Below are positions 34,181 through 44,344 of a stretch of 45,614 nucleotides of DNA, piece after piece (positions within the stretch are counted from its first letter, which is position 1; every line of letters begins with the position of its first letter). A model generated the notes under the pieces. It was not told the origin of the DNA. It worked only from the letters and a program-made list of their open reading frames with translations, and made no database searches. The translations under genes and the position numbers were made by a program. The stretch is taken from positions 1 to 45,614 of IMG/VR virus record IMGVR_UViG_3300005137_000013, one strand, 5' to 3'. This DNA is from a virus (Duplodnaviria; Caudoviricetes).

Positions 34181-35749
34181 ATGGCCGTGGATCAAGAAAA
34201 GTATACCGAACTGGACTTTCCCGTGTTCTTGGGACTGAACACCGCCATGAAACCGGGAGGACTCGCGCCGGGACAGTTTCGGGCGTTGAAAAACGCCATT
34301 CAAGGCGCGTCTATTGGCGCGATCAAGAAACGTCCCGGCACGATTCCGGTTACAGGTACGCCCATCGGTGAGATCAAACATCTCACAACCTACAAAGCCA
34401 ACGACAAGATTCTCGCCACGAGTGGGACGAGTTTATATAAATACGATTCGGTTACCGGCGAATGGGTATCCTTAACGGGCGCGCTCAATCAAGCGGACAT
34501 TTACGATGTGGACTTTACGGACGCGAACACCGTTTCAAGGAAGATTATTGCAGACAAAGGGGCGCTCAAGGCATATGATGATGCCACACAAACCGTTTCC
34601 GCCATCACGCCAGCGGCAGATGATCCTTCACCGGGAGCGCCAAACGTATTATCTACATTGAATGGTCGGGGCATTAAATACGTGTGGACATATTCATCTC
34701 ATGTATTCATTGCCTTTGAAAAGTCGGACGAAGTGTGGTATTCCAAACGCTTCTATTTCGACTATTTTCCATCGGTCCAGTACGAGCGATGGGTGCGGAA
34801 TAACGATTATGTCAATGGGTGCGGCATCGCCTTTGATAACGCCATGCTGGTACCGATGCGAAGAAATTGGGGAATCTTGCTTGGGTCAACGTTCGACAAC
34901 TTTCAAGGAAACTTGTTCTTGAATACTACCGCCGGAGTGATCGCGCCGCGTTCGATTGCGAAGATTATGTATCCGAACGGCGCGCAGACGATTGCCTATC
35001 TCTCCGATGACGGCGTGCATGAAATCTACGATACCGGGTTTGAGGGCGAAGGGTCGCGTCGTTACTCCACTCGAAGCCTGATGAAAAACAAAATCGACTT
35101 TGATGCGTTAGGGCTGACAGAAGCCGAAAAAGCGGCGGCTGTGGCCTTTTTTGACGAGTCCTCATCGTTGTATATCTTAAAGTTCAACAAAGGCTCAGAA
35201 CGCATTGTATACGCCTACGATACGCGAAACGGAGAATGGTATCCGTGGACGAATATCAAAGCGAACGGGTTTGTCAAAGTGGGGGACACTCTCTACTACG
35301 CCGGGGAAACAGGGCATCTTCAAAAGTTTGACGATGAACTTGGGTCGGATTGTGAAGACCGTGATATGACCACAAAAACGCCTATCGACATGGACCTATA
35401 CTCGGACGTGATTGCGCTTGAAGATACAGGTTATGCTTCATACCTGGATTATCTCTTAATATGGGCCAAGCAACAAGCTTCCAAATCCAGTATCGATGTG
35501 AGCATCAACTTTTTCTCGGGAACGGAAGAATATGAGCATTTGGTGCGGAATGCTTATATGATTTGGGGAATAGCAAACTGGGGAGAAGCGGTGTGGTACA
35601 ACGTCAATTTCACGGATTTGGTCGGAAGGCCCGTCAGAAAGCCGATCAAGAAAAAGTCGTACTTTTTTCAGATTCGTATGCGCAATAATCGCGACGAACA
35701 GGTTGAGATATACCGCTATAAACTATTGGGAAGGGTGAGCGGAGCATGA
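34181..35749 (+). CDS. Tail nozzle/stabilization protein (P22 gp10 / T7 gp12-like)
   Basis: FLGLNT...KKRPGT N-terminus; beta-propeller-like; YLSDDGVHE. Confidence 0.7.
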   Translation: MAVDQEKYTELDFPVFLGLNTAMKPGGLAPGQFRALKNAIQGASIGAIKKRPGTIPVTGTPIGEIKHLTTYKANDKILATSGTSLYKYDSVTGEWVSLTGALNQADIYDVDFTDANTVSRKIIADKGALKAYDDATQTVSAITPAADDPSPGAPNVLSTLNGRGIKYVWTYSSHVFIAFEKSDEVWYSKRFYFDYFPSVQYERWVRNNDYVNGCGIAFDNAMLVPMRRNWGILLGSTFDNFQGNLFLNTTAGVIAPRSIAKIMYPNGAQTIAYLSDDGVHEIYDTGFEGEGSRRYSTRSLMKNKIDFDALGLTEAEKAAAVAFFDESSSLYILKFNKGSERIVYAYDTRNGEWYPWTNIKANGFVKVGDTLYYAGETGHLQKFDDELGSDCEDRDMTTKTPIDMDLYSDVIALEDTGYASYLDYLLIWAKQQASKSSIDVSINFFSGTEEYEHLVRNAYMIWGIANWGEAVWYNVNFTDLVGRPVRKPIKKKSYFFQIRMRNNRDEQVEIYRYKLLGRVSGA

Positions 35750-37212
35750 GCCTGCCTATTGATCGAACAGCGAAAATCGCATTGGATGCAAACCTGGTCA
35801 ACGGTGTCACATCCGATGCGCCGAAACTGAAAGCGAACAATGATGTGATTTACAACACGATTGACGAATTGTACAACTACGCCGCCGGACTCGTTCAATC
35901 GGACAAACTGAGCGATATGAAGATTATCAACGTCAAGGATTACGGCGCCAAAGGCGACGGGGTAACGGATGACACTCTCGGCATACAATCTGCTTTAAAT
36001 GTTGCAAGAGACGCTGGTGGAGGAACAGTTTATGTTCCAAATGGAACGTATTTAATCACGGCTATTCTTCGTATTTACAGCAACACCAAACTCATATTGA
36101 GTCAAAACGCAACGATTCTGCGTGGTGCGCATATCAATGCCATGCTTTTGAATGGAACAGAAAATGTCAATGCATATGACGGCGATCATGACATCGAGGT
36201 GATTGGCGGTACGTGGGACGGAAACAAGGATCAGTTTACCTCTGAAGTAACGGTCATCGCATTTGGTCATTGTCAGAGGATTACATTGCGTGATTTAACC
36301 GTCAAAAACGTTTACCTTTGGCATCACGTTGAGTTTAATGCAGTCAAAACGGGACGCATTCTTAATTGCACATTCCAAAATTTTGATAGCCCAAATCCAG
36401 GTGAAATGGTACAAATTGATCTTATGGCTAATGAAAGTGCATGGGTTTGGTTCGGAAATCTCGATCAAACACCTTGTGATGATATTCTGATTCAAGGATG
36501 TACTTTCATCAACGGTTCCAGAGCAATAGGAACGCATACAGGTGTAGTAGGAAAAAAACAAACCAATATCAAGATTGTCGGAAATCATTTCGAAAACTTC
36601 CGGAATGAAGCGCTTTACCTTATGAATTATGAAAATTTGGTTGTGAGTGAGAACACGTTTTATGATTGTTGGCGCGGAATTTACGTTTTTGTAGACGGTC
36701 AAGATTGCTTCGGATACAACATAGCTAATAATGTATTGAAAAACATTAAGAAAGATGTTCTAGCTAGAGCCATGGTGTTTACCGGAGTACCGAATCAATA
36801 TGGGCCAAAAAGAGGAATAATCATCGGTAATATTATTGATGATGTTTCACGACATGGAATTGGGGTTGAATATACAGAAGATTGGTCTGTTGTGGGTAAT
36901 ATCATTACTCGTTGTGGGTACTCAGGATTATGGTTATATATGTCCAAAAGAGTCAGCGTAGCAAGTAATGCTTTTCGTGATAATCTGTTTTTGGATAATA
37001 ATTATGACATTAGAGTTGGAGCGAATGAAGGGGTTAATACAGCCACAACGGATGTCGTTGTCGCAAATAATACCGCATCAAAGATTGATATCCACTTTGC
37101 GAGCAGGGTTGTCGTCACCAATAATTTTGTAGAAACCAGTATAACCGTACAACCCGTTGCAAGTGGTGTGCAAAAGTTCAATAACTATATTTCTGGAGTT
37201 TGGACACCATAA
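35746..37212 (+). CDS. Tailspike/depolymerase with pectate lyase 3-like beta helix
   Basis: INVKDYGAKGDGVTDDTLGIQSAL...VYVPNGTY; parallel beta-helix repeats; GC drops after about 35990. Confidence 0.88.
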   Translation: MSLPIDRTAKIALDANLVNGVTSDAPKLKANNDVIYNTIDELYNYAAGLVQSDKLSDMKIINVKDYGAKGDGVTDDTLGIQSALNVARDAGGGTVYVPNGTYLITAILRIYSNTKLILSQNATILRGAHINAMLLNGTENVNAYDGDHDIEVIGGTWDGNKDQFTSEVTVIAFGHCQRITLRDLTVKNVYLWHHVEFNAVKTGRILNCTFQNFDSPNPGEMVQIDLMANESAWVWFGNLDQTPCDDILIQGCTFINGSRAIGTHTGVVGKKQTNIKIVGNHFENFRNEALYLMNYENLVVSENTFYDCWRGIYVFVDGQDCFGYNIANNVLKNIKKDVLARAMVFTGVPNQYGPKRGIIIGNIIDDVSRHGIGVEYTEDWSVVGNIITRCGYSGLWLYMSKRVSVASNAFRDNLFLDNNYDIRVGANEGVNTATTDVVVANNTASKIDIHFASRVVVTNNFVETSITVQPVASGVQKFNNYISGVWTP

Positions 37213-37218
37213 TGAAAT

Positions 37219-37275
37219 GAAGGAAATTGCATCCTTCTGTCGAAATTCGAATATGAAGTAACTTCGACGGAAGGA
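37219..37275 (+). promoter_or_regulatory. SigH-like promoter overlapping an RBS-sequestering inverted repeat
   Basis: GAAGGAAAT-11-GTCGAAAT (37219-46); arms TCCTTCTGTCGAA (37232-44) and TTCGACGGAAGGA (37263-75). Confidence 0.6.
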
Positions 37276-37283
37276 AAGTAGTT

Positions 37284-37940
37284 ATGCAAATTCGATCCAT
37301 AATAGCGAATCCCGGAAGAACGTTGTACAGTTTATGGTTATCATTACGCCATTGTCCAAAATATGTATTGAAGGTTCCTATCAGGGCATCTTGGATTACA
37401 AGGATTAAGAAAGCAAAAGGTGCTTCACTTCAAATCAACGGTCGCTTAATACTGGGTAAACTAGTTACGCAAATTGGCGAAATCGGCCAAATGAAATATG
37501 ACAGAACGATTGTACAATTAGCAAAAAACAGCCGACTAGAAATTAATGGCCATGTAACGATTGCGCCAGGCGCCAGAGTCATTGTCGGCGAGAACGCTTC
37601 CCTCAGTATTGGAGATCGCACAATCATTAGTAGCAAAATTTTGTGTAAAAATTCGATTCACATCGGTTCGATGTGCGGAATCTCTTGGGGAGTCCAGATT
37701 ATGGACACCGATTTTCATCATGTCATCATTGACGGGGAGAGAAGATTGAATACAAAACCTGTTGTTATTGGAAACAATGTTTGGATTGCCTCCAATGTTA
37801 CCATTCTAAAAGGTGTACATATTGGTGACAATTCCATTATTGCAGCCGGTTCAGTCGTTACGAGAGATGTTCCACCAAATAGCCTAGTAGCCGGAAACCC
37901 GGCCAGAGTAATCAAAACAAATATATCTTGGGAATGGTGA
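37284..37940 (+). CDS. Moron: hexapeptide-repeat (LbH) O-acyltransferase
   Basis: IMDTDFH...PVVIGNNVWIASNVTILKGVHIGDNSIIAAGSVVTRDVPPNSLVAGNPARVIK; low GC. Confidence 0.9.
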   Translation: MQIRSIIANPGRTLYSLWLSLRHCPKYVLKVPIRASWITRIKKAKGASLQINGRLILGKLVTQIGEIGQMKYDRTIVQLAKNSRLEINGHVTIAPGARVIVGENASLSIGDRTIISSKILCKNSIHIGSMCGISWGVQIMDTDFHHVIIDGERRLNTKPVVIGNNVWIASNVTILKGVHIGDNSIIAAGSVVTRDVPPNSLVAGNPARVIKTNISWEW

Positions 37941-37997
37941 ACAGAAAGGTCTTACCAGCATTCACCAAACATGCTACATTGGTATTGAGGTGATTTT

Positions 37998-38660
37998 ATG
38001 AAAAAGGGAATCTTGATTCTAGCACTTATGCTGATGTTTGCGGGAGCCGTCCAAGCATCCAGCATCCACGGTACGTTTGAAGGGTACAACATCGTCAAAG
38101 TGTATGGGCCGGATGGCGAACTGACGGCAGCGAATCCGGCGATCAACTTCAAGGGAACGACGATGGTGCCGATTCGGATGATTGAACAACTCGGATTCAA
38201 AGTGGATTGGGACAGCGATACGTACAGCGTCACCGTCACGCCACCGGAACCGGTTGTCATCGAAGTGGAGAAACAGGAAATCGCACCGGAAGGTGAAACC
38301 ACCACAGAAGAACCGGGCGAGGAACCGGGAGAAGACCCGACCGAACCTACTCAACCGGAGAACCCGACAGAACCCGGCGAAACGAATGAACCCGCAGAAC
38401 CTTCGGAGCCGAGCGATCCTACTGAGGAACCGCAAGACCCGACTGAACCGACAGAGCCGGAAGAGCCTGAACAACCGCAGGAACCGGAGGAACCGCAAGA
38501 ACCTGATAATGCGCCGTTGTGTAGATCGATCAGTGAAGAATACGCCGGTAAGATCGCGATGCTGTCCTACACCACGAAAACGACAGCACAATATAATCTT
38601 CAAAAGTATCTGCTAGAACTGGAACGCGACCAAAAACTAGCCGAAAATGGCTGCAACTAA
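37998..38660 (+). CDS. Moron: secreted protein with copper-amine-oxidase N-terminal-like (stalk) domain and Pro/Glu-rich linker
   Basis: Signal peptide (AVQA), PAINFKGTTMVPIR...LGFKVDWD, EP-rich repeats; own terminator 38659-83. Confidence 0.8.
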   Translation: MKKGILILALMLMFAGAVQASSIHGTFEGYNIVKVYGPDGELTAANPAINFKGTTMVPIRMIEQLGFKVDWDSDTYSVTVTPPEPVVIEVEKQEIAPEGETTTEEPGEEPGEDPTEPTQPENPTEPGETNEPAEPSEPSDPTEEPQDPTEPTEPEEPEQPQEPEEPQEPDNAPLCRSISEEYAGKIAMLSYTTKTTAQYNLQKYLLELERDQKLAENGCN

Positions 38661-38696
38661 CGCCCAAACGGGCGTTTTTCTTTTGGGGGTGAATCC

Positions 38697-40508
38697 ATGG
38701 CAACGTCTACTGCCCAACAATTTCGACGCGATGACCAGGGGAATGTTTATAAAGTCGTCAACGGCAGAGAAATCAAATTAACTTCACAAGCCGCACAATC
38801 CGCAACACAGAAGTATAATCTCCAATCGCCGCAAGAACAACAGCAGGCCATACAAAACAAACTGAGCACACCCGGTGCAAAAACGGTGTATCTCCAAAGC
38901 GGTGGAAACATCACATTGAACGACCGTGGAGAAATCACCGGTTGGGGCGGGACACTCGCACCGGGACAGATGAATCAAGCTGGAATAGATGCACAGCGTG
39001 CCGCTCTCGAACAGGAGTTTCGGGAAGGCAAGATCGCGAACGTATTCGACTACAAGCCCGGTCAAGGCACACAGTGGGCAACGGGAGCGACGAACTATTC
39101 CCCCTTTGCCGTAGACTTGCAAACAGCGGCAAGAAACGCCGGACAAGTGCCGATGCCGCCGGGAACAACCACGCAACCAACAACGACGACAACACCGACG
39201 ATCCCGACATCAGCCGTTCCTACTCCCTATGCTTCACTGGAATATGAACGCGCTCAACGGGAACGCGCCATGAACGAGGCAATTAACCGACTGAATACGG
39301 ACTTTTCCCGGTTGAATCAGAACATCCAACAAGACCGCGTGCTGGAAAATCTCCAACTAGGACGACAACTGAATCCCTTCTCCGGGCGATCGGACTACGC
39401 CATGGGTATTCTGAATATGGAACGAGCGCGGACGGACAGAGAGCGGCAAGAAGACTTGGAAAACCGGATCGCGGCGATTCGCGGCGGATACCTCGATTTC
39501 GTGAACGCCTTGCCGGGACTCGAAAGGGAGTATCAAAATGAACAAGCCCAACGAGCATACCAAAACGCGCTTCAATACGCGCAACTGTTCGGATACTTGC
39601 CGGGTGGTGTTCCGACGCCATACAGCGGCCTAAACGGGGTGTTGCCAAATTTTACTGGCGGGGGTGGTGGTAACACTGCCCCCTTAACCTTGTCCGCTCA
39701 AAACCAATTGTTTAACCAAGCGATGGCGTTGCGTGAATTTGCACGGGCTAATGAAGCGCAACAAGCCGCTTTGACGGGACGTTATCTGCCGCAAGAGGCA
39801 CAACCGTTACTCAATGAACTACTGAGCCTGAAAACGGCGGCAGAACAACCGGGTATCTCGCGTGAACAATTGGCGCAATACCGCGCACGCGCTGATCAGA
39901 TTCGCCAACAATTGGCCGTAAATTACGGCATTGACCCGTCTTGGATTAGCGCGGATGTTCCGTATTCTCAGGCTGTACAGAACATCGCTACAGGTTATCC
40001 GACCTATGAGGCACGTATGGCACAACAACGTTTTGATGCGGAAGAAGCACAACGACTGTGGGAGAACACGTTTGCGGAACGGCAGTTTGATTTCAAAGTC
40101 GCTCAACAGCTTTGGGAGAATCAATTCCAAGAGCGCAATTTTGAACAAGCTGTGAAGGAACAAGCGCAAAAGATGGGTCTGGAATGGTCTCGTCTAAACC
40201 AACAACAGCAGCAGTTTGTGGCGGAACTGGCCTATAAGGAAAAGGCGCTGCAACAAGAACGGGAATTGAAAGAAGCGGCACTTGCTTTAGAAAGGGAGCA
40301 AATTGCTTCCACTTTGAAGTCTGGCAAGACAGTGGATGGCATGTCATACGTCCAAGAACTGAACACTCGATTTTTAACGACCGATCCAGTGTCAGGAAAT
40401 AAGGTGATTTCCGATCCGCAAGGACTGAGAAACGCCATCATCGCTCTCGGCCTGCCGGATTCGGAAACCGACAAACTGTTGTTGTATTACGGACTCCCCA
40501 TTAACTAA
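38697..40508 (+). CDS. Internal virion (ejection) protein
   Basis: 603 aa Q/A/N-rich helical protein in the podoviral ejection-protein position. Confidence 0.65.
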   Translation: MATSTAQQFRRDDQGNVYKVVNGREIKLTSQAAQSATQKYNLQSPQEQQQAIQNKLSTPGAKTVYLQSGGNITLNDRGEITGWGGTLAPGQMNQAGIDAQRAALEQEFREGKIANVFDYKPGQGTQWATGATNYSPFAVDLQTAARNAGQVPMPPGTTTQPTTTTTPTIPTSAVPTPYASLEYERAQRERAMNEAINRLNTDFSRLNQNIQQDRVLENLQLGRQLNPFSGRSDYAMGILNMERARTDRERQEDLENRIAAIRGGYLDFVNALPGLEREYQNEQAQRAYQNALQYAQLFGYLPGGVPTPYSGLNGVLPNFTGGGGGNTAPLTLSAQNQLFNQAMALREFARANEAQQAALTGRYLPQEAQPLLNELLSLKTAAEQPGISREQLAQYRARADQIRQQLAVNYGIDPSWISADVPYSQAVQNIATGYPTYEARMAQQRFDAEEAQRLWENTFAERQFDFKVAQQLWENQFQERNFEQAVKEQAQKMGLEWSRLNQQQQQFVAELAYKEKALQQERELKEAALALEREQIASTLKSGKTVDGMSYVQELNTRFLTTDPVSGNKVISDPQGLRNAIIALGLPDSETDKLLLYYGLPIN

Positions 40509-40521
40509 AGGGGGAATGCAG

Positions 40522-43500
40522 ATGAGCAAGTATGATGCCGAGAGAAAAAAACTCGGCCTCGCGCCTATCGGGGATGAGGGGAAATCCACAGAACAGACCA
40601 AAAGCAAGTACGACAAAGAACGCATGAAACTCGGACTCATCCCCGACACGCGATCAACCCAAGAAAGGTTGGCCGATTTCGAAGCGAGCCAGCCTATGAT
40701 TGCACAGTCTCCCTTCTACCAATCGCTAGGCGACCCGCGCGGTATCACGGGCATCATGCGCGACCGCGTGGATCAAATTGCGGAAGAACGCCGTCCGCCT
40801 GAGACGCCGCAAATTCTCCCGCGTGATCCGACCAAAACATACTTGACGCCGGAACAAGTAACCGACCCGGAAGTGCGGAAAGAGATCGACCGTTATAAAC
40901 CCTACACCGGTACACCAAAAAGCCCGGCGGATCAACTCGTTTCCGGACTCGCCAATACGGTGATGCTTGGTGTACCTAACGCACTAACGCAAGGTGAAGC
41001 CGCGAGGGATACGAATACACCCGCCGGAATCGCCGGACAAATTGCTGGTGAAGTGCTTGGATTTGGTGTCGTTCAACGATTGACCCGTCCTATCGCAGAC
41101 GCAGCGGTAAGACGGGTAGTGGGTGAATCCACAGGCAAATTGGGCCAAAAAGTCGCGGAAGGAGCCATTCGCGGCGGGATTGCCGAAGGTGCATTTGCTA
41201 CGGCTCAAGAGCTTGCTGATGTGGCGATGGACACGCGCCGGAATGAGAACGAATCCATTGGTCAACGTCTCGGGAATGTGGCGCTGCGCACCGGTTTAGG
41301 GGCAGGGTTGGAAGCCGGGAGAATCGCTTTAGGAGGGGCGATACAAAAAGGGCTTTCGTCACTGGCGCGCCGACAAGCGGATGAAGCTGCCACGATAGCC
41401 ACCAGAAGTGCGGAACCGACAACGACGAAAACCGCTCAAACACAAACTCAGGTTGCCGAAGAATCCGCTCAACCCGTCCGCCAAGGATGGTTTGAACGAT
41501 TGTTTGGCACTCAGCCTTTGGGGATCGTCGCGCGCCTCTCCAGAGGCGGTAGAAACCCGCTGACGACGGAAGGGCAGATCGTAGATACCCCGATCAAGCG
41601 AACCGTTTCAGGAGCGAAAGAAACAGCGCAGGCCGCTGCGAGAGCCGCTTATAACGATCTGGTGGATATGGTAAATCCGCTGAAAAAGATCAGCCCGAAG
41701 GCTTACGACGCCGCTATAGACGCGGCGAGAGCAAACCAAATCGCAAACGTCATTATCACGGATAAGTTTGTGAATCTGCAAGGACAGGTAATAGGCGAAG
41801 GCCTACAAAACATCATACGCAAGGCCGGACGCGGTAACTATAACGCCTTCACGGATTATCTGATTGCACGCCATGCTTTAACCCGTATGCAACGCGGAGA
41901 ACGGGTATATGCTGAACATTTGCAAATGACGCCTGAGAAAGTGGCAGAACGCATCCGAACATTGGAACAACGCTACCCAGGTTTCCGCGAAATCGCGCGC
42001 GAATGGGACCAATACTTCAAGAACATCCGCGAAGTGTACGGCGTGGAGGAAGGTTTGATTTCCCGCGAATTGGCCGACTACCTGGAAAAACACAACCCGA
42101 CGTATGCGCCGATGCGCCGTCAGTTTACGGATGCGGAGAAGATTAAACAGTACACGGGACAGCGGCAAATGTTCAGCGGGCAGAAAGCGCCGATTAAAGA
42201 AGTCAGCCCAACCGGTTCGGCACGCAAGATCGTCGATCCGGTACGTTCTACGATCGAGCAAACCGGCGCATGGGTGCAAGCCGCCATGAGAAACCGCGTT
42301 ATGCGTGAAATCGTGGATCGTATCCTTCAAAACTCGGAGGACATGAAGGGGATCGCGGAGATTGTCCAGCCTCCAAAGGGAAGTCCGAATCTGCGTGAAC
42401 TGATCGAGAAGGAAGGCGAAGATGGATTCCTGGAAAACCTTGCCGATGACTTCAATAAACTGTTCCAGCGCCAGCGCGTGGACAAAGACAACATCGTGAG
42501 AGCTATGGTGAACGGCCAACCGGTTTACGTCAAAGTCCACGATCCCGAAGTACTGAAAACCTTGCTCGGATTGGGTGCGGACAACGCTGGTCTGGTCTTA
42601 CGCACCATGACCGCGTTCAGCAACGCGATTAAGCGCGGCGCAACCGGTGCGCTGGCTCCGCTGTTTGCGGTCAAAAGCGCGACGATGGATGTGGCGCAAG
42701 CACTCATTCAATCGAAAAACCCGTTGCAACACGCCGGATATTTGATGGGGTCTGTCGTTTCCTCCATTGCCGACGCGCTGAACATCCCGGTACTACGCAA
42801 CATGGCGCAGGACTTCTACCGTGCCGGCGGTGGATATTCGGCAGCTTTACGCGGCGAACGCGGTCTGCGTCGCAGCATCAGTTCTATGCGACTTGATCCA
42901 TTGTTAAGCCCGCGCACACTCGCAAAAGCATCGGTAAGAACAATCGCCGCGCCGTATCGTGCATCTCTCAAAATCGCGGATATTGCCGAAAACATGAACC
43001 GGATCGCGGCGTTTCATCATCGATTGCGTCAACTCGGCGGCGAACGGACACCGGAAAATATCCGTGATGCGATGAATTACGCGAGAGAAATCACCATCAA
43101 TTACAGCCGGAAAGGCAGACAATCCAAACTCTTAGAAGCGTTGATTCCTTACAATAACGCCGCCATACAGGGATTGTACCGGTTTGCCAAAGCATGGAAG
43201 AAAAATCCGGTCAAGACAACGGCGATGGTAACACTGACGGTTTTGGCGCCGAAATTCTACGAGTACATGCAGTTTCATGACGATCCAGATTACAATAACC
43301 TTCCTGCGCGGGAGAGATACCGGAATCTGTATCTGTCCAAGAATGCCGACGGGACGTTTAACAAAATCCCTCTCTCGCCGGAATACAACGCATTGGGGGC
43401 GCTTATGGTGGATATGCTCCGGGCATGGAAAGACGGCGACCCAGAAGCATTCAAGGGCGCGTCTGACGCCTTAATGAACGCCTATACACCGCCTCTTGTT

Positions 43501-44181
43501 TCTGGTCTGGCTCAAGGCTTCACCCAAGGCGGTGGAATTGATCAAAGCCTTGCAGGTGCGGCAAACGCTACATCTCTTGCACCACTCGCAGCGGTCATGG
43601 CGAATCAAAGTTTCACCGGCGCACCCATCGACTCGCGGAAAGTCGAAGACCGCTCGCCGCAGTATCGTTACGATGAGCGCACGTCTTCGATAGCCAAATG
43701 GCTAGGAGAACAACTGAAATGGTCGCCGATGAAGATTGACTATGTGCTGCGCGCCTACGGCGGCGACCCGGCGCGGATTCTCTTGCCTCTCACATCCGAA
43801 GTCGGACGAGGAACGACGAGGAACACGCTGCTTCGTAACTGGATTACCGACCCGGTATTTACCAACACGCTCACGGATGACTACTACCGTGGAAAAGAAG
43901 CGCTCACTCAAGCGTATCGGGATCATCAAGAGGCCGGAGCACCGTTGCCGGAATGGTACGACGATAGCCTGCGCCGTATGATGACTTCGACCGCTGCCGG
44001 TTCGGTAACGAAACGCCTGAGCGCATTGACCGAACAGAAACGTCAGGTGAATCTGGATCGTTCGTTGAGCGCGGAAGAAAAAGCGCAAAAGCTACGTGAC
44101 ATTCAGCGTCAAATGAACGAAATCTACATCGATGTTAACACGCGGATGCGCGAAGCTGGCGTGCCGATGTTGAGTAGGTGA
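40522..44181 (+). CDS. Large internal virion/ejection protein (LPD38-like C-terminal region)
   Basis: About 1220 aa; ENMNRIAAF...AREITINYSRKG...IPYNNAAIQGLYR, NQSFTGAPI, WSPMKIDYVLRAYGG. Confidence 0.8.
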   Translation: MSKYDAERKKLGLAPIGDEGKSTEQTKSKYDKERMKLGLIPDTRSTQERLADFEASQPMIAQSPFYQSLGDPRGITGIMRDRVDQIAEERRPPETPQILPRDPTKTYLTPEQVTDPEVRKEIDRYKPYTGTPKSPADQLVSGLANTVMLGVPNALTQGEAARDTNTPAGIAGQIAGEVLGFGVVQRLTRPIADAAVRRVVGESTGKLGQKVAEGAIRGGIAEGAFATAQELADVAMDTRRNENESIGQRLGNVALRTGLGAGLEAGRIALGGAIQKGLSSLARRQADEAATIATRSAEPTTTKTAQTQTQVAEESAQPVRQGWFERLFGTQPLGIVARLSRGGRNPLTTEGQIVDTPIKRTVSGAKETAQAAARAAYNDLVDMVNPLKKISPKAYDAAIDAARANQIANVIITDKFVNLQGQVIGEGLQNIIRKAGRGNYNAFTDYLIARHALTRMQRGERVYAEHLQMTPEKVAERIRTLEQRYPGFREIAREWDQYFKNIREVYGVEEGLISRELADYLEKHNPTYAPMRRQFTDAEKIKQYTGQRQMFSGQKAPIKEVSPTGSARKIVDPVRSTIEQTGAWVQAAMRNRVMREIVDRILQNSEDMKGIAEIVQPPKGSPNLRELIEKEGEDGFLENLADDFNKLFQRQRVDKDNIVRAMVNGQPVYVKVHDPEVLKTLLGLGADNAGLVLRTMTAFSNAIKRGATGALAPLFAVKSATMDVAQALIQSKNPLQHAGYLMGSVVSSIADALNIPVLRNMAQDFYRAGGGYSAALRGERGLRRSISSMRLDPLLSPRTLAKASVRTIAAPYRASLKIADIAENMNRIAAFHHRLRQLGGERTPENIRDAMNYAREITINYSRKGRQSKLLEALIPYNNAAIQGLYRFAKAWKKNPVKTTAMVTLTVLAPKFYEYMQFHDDPDYNNLPARERYRNLYLSKNADGTFNKIPLSPEYNALGALMVDMLRAWKDGDPEAFKGASDALMNAYTPPLVSGLAQGFTQGGGIDQSLAGAANATSLAPLAAVMANQSFTGAPIDSRKVEDRSPQYRYDERTSSIAKWLGEQLKWSPMKIDYVLRAYGGDPARILLPLTSEVGRGTTRNTLLRNWITDPVFTNTLTDDYYRGKEALTQAYRDHQEAGAPLPEWYDDSLRRMMTSTAAGSVTKRLSALTEQKRQVNLDRSLSAEEKAQKLRDIQRQMNEIYIDVNTRMREAGVPMLSR

Positions 44182-44185
44182 TGCC

Positions 44186-44344
44186 ATGGAACGTAACTGC
44201 ATCGTCTCCGAAAAGGAATTGCGCCTCTTAAAGAAGTTTCTTCCGAAAGAGGCCATCCAGGACTTGTACTACTACGGTCCGAAATATGTCAAGGTGAAAC
44301 GTCGTGTACGACTTGATCTTAGACGCCTTATCCACCTTCATTAG
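44186..44344 (+). CDS. Hypothetical protein, 52 aa (not in ORF track)
   Basis: AGGTGA RBS; MERNCIVSEKELRLLKKFLP... Confidence 0.5.
   Translation: MERNCIVSEKELRLLKKFLPKEAIQDLYYYGPKYVKVKRRVRLDLRRLIHLH

Noticed and set aside
35746-37212. Diversity-generating retroelement target or invertible tail cassette
   Set aside because: No reverse transcriptase, template/variable repeat pair or flanking inverted repeats seen in the window.
38300-38505. DNA tandem repeat element
   Set aside because: Degenerate repeats simply encode the Pro/Glu linker.
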